From: an uncultured Gemmatimonadaceae bacterium
GTDB taxonomy: Bacteria; Gemmatimonadota; Gemmatimonadetes; Gemmatimonadales; Gemmatimonadaceae
Reading direction: 5' to 3'
Assembly (NCBI GenBank): GCA_963822945.1
Contig: CAWGJO010000045.1
Location: forward strand, 1-13,385
DNA length: 13,385 nt
In this document: positions 7,851 through 13,385 of the stretch, piece by piece
How positions within the stretch are numbered: the first letter of the stretch is position 1
How the letters are laid out: each line of letters opens with the position of its first letter
The notes under the pieces: model-generated
Databases searched by the model: none
What the model saw: the letters and a program-made list of their open reading frames with translations, nothing else
What the model was told of the DNA's origin: nothing
Program-made: the position numbers and the translations under genes

Positions 7851-7998
7851 TTCCGGGACCCGGCGGACCCACTCGCGGGAGTAGAATGTCCCCGCTTCCC
7901 GGTACCCACCGCAACCGTGTGTAGGACGACCGGTTGCGCCTCCCGGTACACGACCTACGGGCCATGAGGTAACAACGCGACATGGGTTTCCGGGACCC
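7851..7998. repeat. Four phased direct repeats, consensus TYCCGGKACMC, upstream of pilM; candidate regulatory sites
   Basis: TTCCGGGACCC at 7851, TCCCGGTACCC at 7897, TCCCGGTACAC at 7941 and TTCCGGGACCC at 7988; spacings 46, 44 and 47 bp. Confidence 0.55.
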
Positions 7999-8022
7999 GT
8001 GGCAACCGCTCGATCGGCCCTT

Positions 8023-9021
8023 TCAGGGCCCCGTCGTCGCCGGCCCGAATTCCGCGAATTTCACGCGCCCGGCGTGCCATTCGACGTCACGAATGACACA
8101 CGGATCGTCGCGTAAGCTCATGCCGGCAGGGGTGTTAACCTGCACGGCCGGCTGGACCGTGCCCACGCGAAGCATGCCGGAGACCGAGAAGATCCCGCCG
8201 GTGACCGTGAGTCCGCCGGCCACCACGATCACACCGCGGAAGGTGACGCTCCCGGAGACGCGCAACGCCCCGTCCACCAGAAGCAGTCCGGACCCGGTGC
8301 CGCCGGACAACTCGAGATCGCCCGTTGCGTGGATCACACTCCCCACCGGCGCCGAAACGACGCTCCCCCCGGGAAGAACGACGCCGGCTCGCGCCGCCAA
8401 CTCCCGGCTCGTCACCCCGCCGAACACGGTGTAGGTGGAGTCGTCCCCCGCGCCCGAATCGGCCGTGGCCCCCGGCGGCGCAGCCGCTCCGGGGGCGACG
8501 ACGATCGTGCCGCGCCAACCGTCCGGCGCCTCGCACGCCACGGCGGTCGCCGAGTCCGCCGGCTCCACGACGAGGGAACCGTCCGCGCGAACGTCCCCGC
8601 GGGCGACGAGCGCCCCAGGCGAGGCAAAGCGCGGCGCGTCCACGATCAGCACGTGCGCGCGCCATGCGAAGAGCGAACTGTCGCCGGCGTCGGATGCGCG
8701 AACCGCCACGCGGTAAGCCCAGGTGGAGAGACGGGTGACGTGCCCGACCACGGGCCAGGCGGCGCCGGACCATGGCCCCGGCAGTGATTCGGTGGTCCCG
8801 GCGAGTTGGCGGAAGCGCGCCGCGCTGTCCCACTGCGCCATGGCGTCCACGACCGCCCCATCGGCCGCGGCGCGGAGTTGGGCCGACCGCCCCGCCACGA
8901 GGCGGACGGCCCACCGCTCGCGTTCCGCGAAGTATCCGGCCACCAGGAGCGTGCCCACGACACCCAGCACGACGAGAGCGGCAAGCAGCACCACCCCCTT
9001 CCGACCGCGTTCAGGGAGCAC
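8023..9021 (-). CDS. PilX-like minor pilin / pilus assembly protein (332 aa)
   Basis: GTG at 9021 gives MLPERGRKG|VVLLAALVVLGVV, a class III signal lacking Glu5 as in PilX/GspK. Gly-rich beta C-terminus (GSGLLLVDGALRVSGSVTFRGVIVVAG). Overlaps the upstream gene's stop. The ORF-track start at 9708 is an artefact. Confidence 0.75.
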   Translation of the reverse strand: MLPERGRKGVVLLAALVVLGVVGTLLVAGYFAERERWAVRLVAGRSAQLRAAADGAVVDAMAQWDSAARFRQLAGTTESLPGPWSGAAWPVVGHVTRLSTWAYRVAVRASDAGDSSLFAWRAHVLIVDAPRFASPGALVARGDVRADGSLVVEPADSATAVACEAPDGWRGTIVVAPGAAAPPGATADSGAGDDSTYTVFGGVTSRELAARAGVVLPGGSVVSAPVGSVIHATGDLELSGGTGSGLLLVDGALRVSGSVTFRGVIVVAGGLTVTGGIFSVSGMLRVGTVQPAVQVNTPAGMSLRDDPCVIRDVEWHAGRVKFAEFGPATTGP

Positions 9022-9844
9022 GACGCAATGCCACCGCGCGGCGGGCGGCCTGGACCGTGGTGTCGGCGGCGCGCGCCGTGATCGCCACCCGCGAGACGGC
9101 CGTGGAACCCGCTGGTACGCCAACGCGCCGGCCCGCGCTGTCGAAGTACTCGAAGCGCAAGCCCGTGCGTTCGGCGCGTACGCTGTACGCGTGCAGCGGT
9201 CCGGCCACCGGTTGGACGCCGTTGAACGCCTGCGCCTGCGCATTCCATTCGCGCATCCCGAGATACCAACGGCGGTCGCCGCCACGGTACAGATCGTATC
9301 GGGTGCGGCGCAGCACGCGGAACGCGGCGACCGGCGAGGCATCGAGCATGGAGTCGACCAGCAGGGAGATCCCGGGCGCCGAGGGAACGCCCGCGGCCGC
9401 GCAGGGCTGTGGGGCGGGCACCAGGTCGACCACGGTGCGCATGCGCCAGCCCGGGGGCCCGGAACGGGCGCCGAAGACGAGGAGGCGGTCGCCCGGTCTC
9501 GGCATCGCGGCGAACGACACGAGCGGGGGCTCGCCGGCTGCGGACCACGTGGCGGTTCGAAGCTCGTTGCCGGAGATGCACGCCACGCCGGCGCCCACCT
9601 GCGCCAGCAGCTCGATTGCCGAGTCCGACGACTGCGTGGCCACGAGATCGACCGGGGCCGCGTCCGCGAGCACGGTGGCGAGGATGGCCGTGGCCTGATG
9701 GACGGCACGCGCAGCCGCGCTGGCCGACTGCAGGCGGTGCTGCAGGCGTTCGTGGAACAGGAGGGTCTGCGTGACCAGACCGAACACGATCCCGAACACG
9801 ACCATGGTGACCAGGAGTTCGACCAGCGTGACGCCGCGGCGCAT
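9011..9844 (-). CDS. PilW-like minor pilin
   Basis: MRRG|VTLVELLVTMVVFGIV prepilin cleavage/N-methylation motif; 277 aa; GLRFEYFD...VSRVAIT C-terminus; sits between the PilV-like and PilX-like genes. Confidence 0.85.
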   Translation of the reverse strand: MRRGVTLVELLVTMVVFGIVFGLVTQTLLFHERLQHRLQSASAAARAVHQATAILATVLADAAPVDLVATQSSDSAIELLAQVGAGVACISGNELRTATWSAAGEPPLVSFAAMPRPGDRLLVFGARSGPPGWRMRTVVDLVPAPQPCAAAGVPSAPGISLLVDSMLDASPVAAFRVLRRTRYDLYRGGDRRWYLGMREWNAQAQAFNGVQPVAGPLHAYSVRAERTGLRFEYFDSAGRRVGVPAGSTAVSRVAITARAADTTVQAARRAVALRRAP

Positions 9845-9847
9845 CGG

Positions 9848-10207
9848 TCAGCAGGCGAGCGTGGTCAGGAGGACGAACGCGCGGGGCGCGTGCTCGTCGG
9901 CGAAGGCCACGCTGTCGCGGAGGCGGCGGGCGGGGCCCGGCGCCGGCTGCACCGACCAGTACTCGTGCACCCCGGGCGCGGGCCAGCTGTCGCCGGACGC
10001 GGGCGGCGGGCAGTGGCGCGCGCGGAGGCCGGCCATCCGGGACTGCGCCGCCGCCACCCCGATGTCGCGTCTCGCCGCTTCGCCGTGCAGCCGGACGAGC
10101 ACGGCCGCATCGGCGGCGAAGGCGAGCAGCGCCACATCGAAGACGACAAGGGCGACGAGCAGTTCGACGAGCGAGAATCCGGATCGGCGGCGGCGGCGTG
10201 GGGGCAT
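9848..10207 (-). CDS. PilV-like minor pilin (119 aa)
   Basis: ATG at 10207 gives MPPRRRRRSG|FSLVELLVALVV, a prepilin motif; small size; first of the three minor pilins. Confidence 0.82.
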   Translation of the reverse strand: MPPRRRRRSGFSLVELLVALVVFDVALLAFAADAAVLVRLHGEAARRDIGVAAAQSRMAGLRARHCPPPASGDSWPAPGVHEYWSVQPAPGPARRLRDSVAFADEHAPRAFVLLTTLAC

Positions 10208-10276
10208 GTTCCACGCTACGCGGGCAGTCCCTGCCCAACGACATCGGAATCCCACGAAGGGAAGCCGTTCCCCGCT

Positions 10277-11629
10277 TCAGTGGCCCAGGCCGTACTCGCG
10301 AAGCTTGTAGAGCAGGGTGCGGTGCGAGAGCTCGAGCAGTTTGGCGGCGCGCGTGCGGTTGCCGCCGGTCTGCTCGAGGGCGCGGCGAATGAGTTCCTTC
10401 TCCAGCAGATGCGTCTGGCGCTTGACCGAGAGGTCATCCGCCTCCGGATGTGCGTGCACCGACGGAGTGCGGACCTCGGCCGGCAGCTGGTCGACCCCGA
10501 TCTCCTTGGATTCGGTGAGCACCATCGCGCGCTCGACCACGTTCTCCAGTTCGCGCACGTTGCCCGGCCACGGGTACTCGATGAGCAGCCGCATGGCGGC
10601 GGGCGCGAACCCCCGCACCTGCAGGTTCAACCGGTCGTTGAACCGCTGCACCATGGTATGGGCGAGCTCCGGGATGTCCTCGCGCCGCTCGCGCAGCGGT
10701 GGGAGGTGCACGCGGACGACGTTGACGCGATAGAAGAGGTCGGCCCGGAAGCGGCCCGCGGCGACCTCCGCCTCGAGATCGCGCGACGTGGCGGCGATGA
10801 CGCGCACGTCCACGCGGCGCGGCGTGGACTCCCCGACGCGCCGGATCTCTCCCTCCTGGAGCACGCGGAGCAGCTTGACCTGCAGCGGCACCGGCAGCTC
10901 GCCGATCTCGTCGAGCAACACCGTTCCACCGCTGGCCTCCTCGAACAGGCCGCGGCGCTCGCCGCTGGCGCCGGTGAAGGCGCCGCGGGCGTGGCCGAAC
11001 AGTTCGCTCTCGAGCAGCGACTCGGGAATGGCGGCGCAGTCCACGGCCACGAAGGCGCGCGTGGCGCGCGGGCTCTCGCCATGCACCAGGCGGGCCACGA
11101 GTTCCTTGCCGGTGCCGCTCTCCCCGGTGATGAGCACGGTGGAGGGATGCCGCGCCACCTTGAGCGCGAGGTCCATCGCCTGGCGGAGGGCGGGACTCCG
11201 GCCCACGATGCCGCCTGGCTCACGGAGCGCGGCGAGCTTTTCCTGCAACTGCCGCACCTCGCGCCGCAGCCCCTCGCGCTCGATGGCCTTGTTCAGCACG
11301 AGCAGCACCTGGTCGGCGCGGAAGGGCTTGGAGATGAAGTCGTAGGCGCCCCGCTTCATGGCGGCGAGCGCCGCCTCGTCGTCGCCGTAGGCGCTCATCA
11401 TGATCACGAGCGCGCCGCCCCCGGACTCCCGGTAGGTCTGGAGAAAGGAGAGGCCGTCCGTGCCCGGCATGCGCACGTCGCAGAGAATCAGATCGGCCGG
11501 TGCCTCGTGCAGCATGGCACTCGCCGACGCCGCGTCCACGGCCGCGCGCACGTCGTGCCCCTCCCCTTCCAGAATGAGCGAGAGCGTGTGGCGCAACCCG
11601 AGTTCGTCGTCGACGATGAGGATGTTCAT
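10277..11629 (-). CDS. Sigma54-dependent NtrC-family response regulator, PilR-like (450 aa)
   Basis: ATG at 11629 overlaps the kinase stop (ATGA). Receiver domain (ILIVDDE, LCDVRMPG, KP); AAA+ domain (GESGTGKE, ESELFGH, GAFTGA, LLDEIGE, FRADLFYR, WPGNVRELEN); Fis-type HTH (GGNRTRAAKLL). Confidence 0.95.
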   Translation of the reverse strand: MNILIVDDELGLRHTLSLILEGEGHDVRAAVDAASASAMLHEAPADLILCDVRMPGTDGLSFLQTYRESGGGALVIMMSAYGDDEAALAAMKRGAYDFISKPFRADQVLLVLNKAIEREGLRREVRQLQEKLAALREPGGIVGRSPALRQAMDLALKVARHPSTVLITGESGTGKELVARLVHGESPRATRAFVAVDCAAIPESLLESELFGHARGAFTGASGERRGLFEEASGGTVLLDEIGELPVPLQVKLLRVLQEGEIRRVGESTPRRVDVRVIAATSRDLEAEVAAGRFRADLFYRVNVVRVHLPPLRERREDIPELAHTMVQRFNDRLNLQVRGFAPAAMRLLIEYPWPGNVRELENVVERAMVLTESKEIGVDQLPAEVRTPSVHAHPEADDLSVKRQTHLLEKELIRRALEQTGGNRTRAAKLLELSHRTLLYKLREYGLGH

Positions 11630-12795
11630 TCGGTCTCGAGCGGCAACAGGATGTGGAAGGCGGCTCCGCCGGCGCGCGACGGCTCCACCCAGACGGTGCC
11701 CCCGCAATTCTCGATGATTCGCGCCACGATAGCGAGCCCCAGTCCCGTACCCCGCCCCGGCTGCTTGGTGGTGACGAAGGGATCGAAGATCTGATCGCCC
11801 AGTTCCGCCGACACACCCGGGCCCGAGTCGGCCACCACCACCTTGAGCACGTCGTCCGGCTGCCGCTCCGCCAACCACCGCATCACACGGATACTCGGCG
11901 GCCGCGGCACGTAGGTGTCCGCGTCGTCGGTGCGACGGCGCGACGCCCGCACCGCGGCGCCCTGCCGCGCCAGTGCCGCCGTGCGCACCGCGATCTCGCC
12001 GCCCTCCGGCATCGCGTCCACCGCGTTGAGCAGCAGATTCACGAACACCTGCTCCAGTTCGTGGCGGTCGGCGCGCACGTTGAGCGCCTCGGCCGTCAGG
12101 TCGAGCGAGACCGACACGGGGCGCAGCACCCCCTGCGTGGCGAGCAGTTCGTGGACCGACCGGACGGTGTCGTTGACGTCCACCCGTGTGGTGGCGCGAG
12201 GGTGGGCCCGGCCGTAGTCGAGCAACCCGCGCACGATGCGGTCGATGCGATCGGCCTCGCGTTGGAGCCCGTCCACCGCGGTACAGGCGGCCTCGTCGGT
12301 CGCCACGCGGCGCAGCAGATGCGCGTAGCCGTTGATCGCCCCAAGCGGATTCCCGATCTCGTGTGCCACGCCGGCGGCCAGCCGGCCCACGCTCGCCAGC
12401 TTCTCGGCGCGAATCAGGTGCGCGCGCTCTTCGAGCAGATGGTCGGTCATGCGATTGACGCTCGTCGCCAGGTTGGCGAACTCGGTCGAGTTTCCGGGCG
12501 GCACCCGGCGGGCGAGATCGCCGTCGGCGATCGCTTCAGCAGCCGCCATCGTCTCCTTGAGCGGCCGGATGATGGCCCGCTCCACCTGCACGGCGGCGAA
12601 GACGATGAACACGAGCACGTCGGCGGCGACGAGGAAGCCCAGATAGACGGCGTTGTGGGCCGTCTCCACCTGGCCGGCCATCAGCTCGATGACCGCCACC
12701 GCGAAGGCCAGCGCCGCCACGGCGAGAACGGCAAGGCTGAGCAGGAGTTCGGTACGAATGGAGTGATGCCCCGTGCGGGGCCGGAGTATCGGCAT
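11626..12795 (-). CDS. Two-component sensor histidine kinase, PilS-like (2 TM, HAMP, HisKA, HATPase)
   Basis: Two TM helices; HAMP (RPL...IADGDL...EFANLATSVNRM); H-box EKLASVGRLAAGVAHEIGNPL; N-box QVFVNLLLNAVDAM; DSGPG, FDPFVTTK and GTGLGL. Confidence 0.95.
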   Translation of the reverse strand: MPILRPRTGHHSIRTELLLSLAVLAVAALAFAVAVIELMAGQVETAHNAVYLGFLVAADVLVFIVFAAVQVERAIIRPLKETMAAAEAIADGDLARRVPPGNSTEFANLATSVNRMTDHLLEERAHLIRAEKLASVGRLAAGVAHEIGNPLGAINGYAHLLRRVATDEAACTAVDGLQREADRIDRIVRGLLDYGRAHPRATTRVDVNDTVRSVHELLATQGVLRPVSVSLDLTAEALNVRADRHELEQVFVNLLLNAVDAMPEGGEIAVRTAALARQGAAVRASRRRTDDADTYVPRPPSIRVMRWLAERQPDDVLKVVVADSGPGVSAELGDQIFDPFVTTKQPGRGTGLGLAIVARIIENCGGTVWVEPSRAGGAAFHILLPLETE

Positions 12796-12865
12796 GCATC
12801 GCGGGATGGAGTTGCTAGGAAGACGATTGCGTCCGGCTCGCGTCAGCGAATACGGCCCGACGCAC

Positions 12866-12897
12866 GACGGGCCGGACGCAGTAGCGTCCGGCCCGTC
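12866..12897 (-). terminator. 14-bp perfect stem-loop downstream of pilA; terminator or mRNA-stabilising hairpin
   Basis: GACGGGCCGGACGC (12866-12879), 4-nt loop, GCGTCCGGCCCGTC (12884-12897). Lies 24 bp after the pilA stop; no U-tract. Confidence 0.65.
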
Positions 12898-12921
12898 TGG
12901 GAAGGCTCCCGCGTGCGAGAC

Positions 12922-13311
12922 TTACTTACAGACCGGCTCGCCCTCACCGGCGGTCGCAACCAGCGGGTTCGCAGTGTTGACCGCGATGCCGCAGGTGGTG
13001 CCGGCCAGCTGGCTGTGCGTCACGGTCGCCGACCAGTAGCCCGGGCCCGTCACGATCGCCGGGGTGTTCACGCCCGTCGACTGCTTGAAGTTGACATGGA
13101 CCGAGTCCATGACCGTCGAGTACTGGGAAGAATCGGAGAAGAACGCTTCCTCCGCGGTCACCATGTTCCGCAGATCGGACTTCATGGCGGTGATGTAGGC
13201 CTTGTCCTTCGTGTTGGCGAACTTCGGAATCGCGATCGCGGCCAGAATGCCGATGATCACGACCACAATCAGAAATTCGATGAGCGTGAAGCCCTTGCGA
13301 TTTTGCAGCAT
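12922..13311 (-). CDS. pilA: Type IVa major pilin
   Basis: MLQNRKG|FTLIEFLIVVVIIGILAAIAIPKF prepilin motif; two C-terminal Cys (mature C100, C121); strong RBS; downstream hairpin. Confidence 0.9.
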   Translation of the reverse strand: MLQNRKGFTLIEFLIVVVIIGILAAIAIPKFANTKDKAYITAMKSDLRNMVTAEEAFFSDSSQYSTVMDSVHVNFKQSTGVNTPAIVTGPGYWSATVTHSQLAGTTCGIAVNTANPLVATAGEGEPVCK

Positions 13312-13321
13312 GAGTGGGGGT

Positions 13322-13326
13322 CTCCT
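13322..13326 (-). promoter_or_regulatory. Shine-Dalgarno sequence of pilA
   Basis: Minus strand reads GTAC-AGGAG-ACCCCCACTC-ATG. Confidence 0.7.
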
Positions 13327-13385
13327 GTACCTTGGTGGACGAGCTAGGCGTTATCCCATCTTCGGAATCTCAATGGATTCTTGAT

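Noticed and set aside
7882..7887. Plus-strand TAGAAT -10-like hexamer
   Set aside because: No supporting -35 and no credible plus-strand gene downstream; the 7982-8434 ORF is antisense to the PilX-like gene.
7851..7998. CRISPR interpretation of the repeat-spacer pattern
   Set aside because: Repeats are only 11 bp and degenerate, there are four copies, and no cas genes are in the window.
10225..10239. Possible sigma54 site upstream of the PilV-like gene (TTGGGCAGGGACTGC)
   Set aside because: GG-to-GC spacing is 9 rather than 10 nt; better explained as a small GGGCAG/CTGCCC palindrome.
8646..10244. 532-aa minus-strand ORF, and the 9022-9708 extension of the PilX-like ORF
   Set aside because: Arg/Pro-rich off-frame translations overlapping genes that have clear prepilin motifs.
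10259..10272. Small hairpin after the response regulator
   Set aside because: Only a 5-6 bp stem with a minimal U-tract; too weak to call a terminator.
8723..11794. 1023-aa plus-strand ORF (likewise 2750-4843, 11653-13347, 1259-2641)
   Set aside because: Antisense shadows of well-supported minus-strand genes. High-GC codon bias suppresses stops, and there are no recognisable motifs.
11630..11878. N-terminal extension of the response regulator given in the ORF track
   Set aside because: Overlaps the kinase; the receiver domain begins at ATG 11629 with an ATGA coupling.
13342..13358. Possible sigma54 site upstream of pilA (minus strand TGGGATAACGCCTAGCT)
   Set aside because: GG-N10-GC spacing is present but the match to TGGCAC-N5-TTGC is poor. 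The real promoter may lie beyond the window edge.

Overview
High-GC bacterial window with every credible gene on the minus strand. In transcription order (right to left): type IV major pilin (pilA), HAMP histidine kinase (PilS-like), sigma54 response regulator (PilR-like), three minor pilins (PilV/W/X-like), a ~310 bp intergenic region, pilMNOPQ, aroC, aroK, a short Smg/DUF494-like gene, and the 5' part of topA. This is a type IVa pilus locus joined to housekeeping genes. Pilin style and gene order suggest Gemmatimonadota (inference, unverified). No mobile element, CRISPR array or RNA gene was recognised. The least-explained signals are non-coding. Upstream of pilM there are four ~45-bp-phased copies of an 11-bp motif, a candidate structured leader, and an anti-SD/antisense small-ORF arrangement. 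Between pilA and pilS there is a hairpin with competing arm copies. Between pilQ and aroC there is a heptamer-repeat palindrome.
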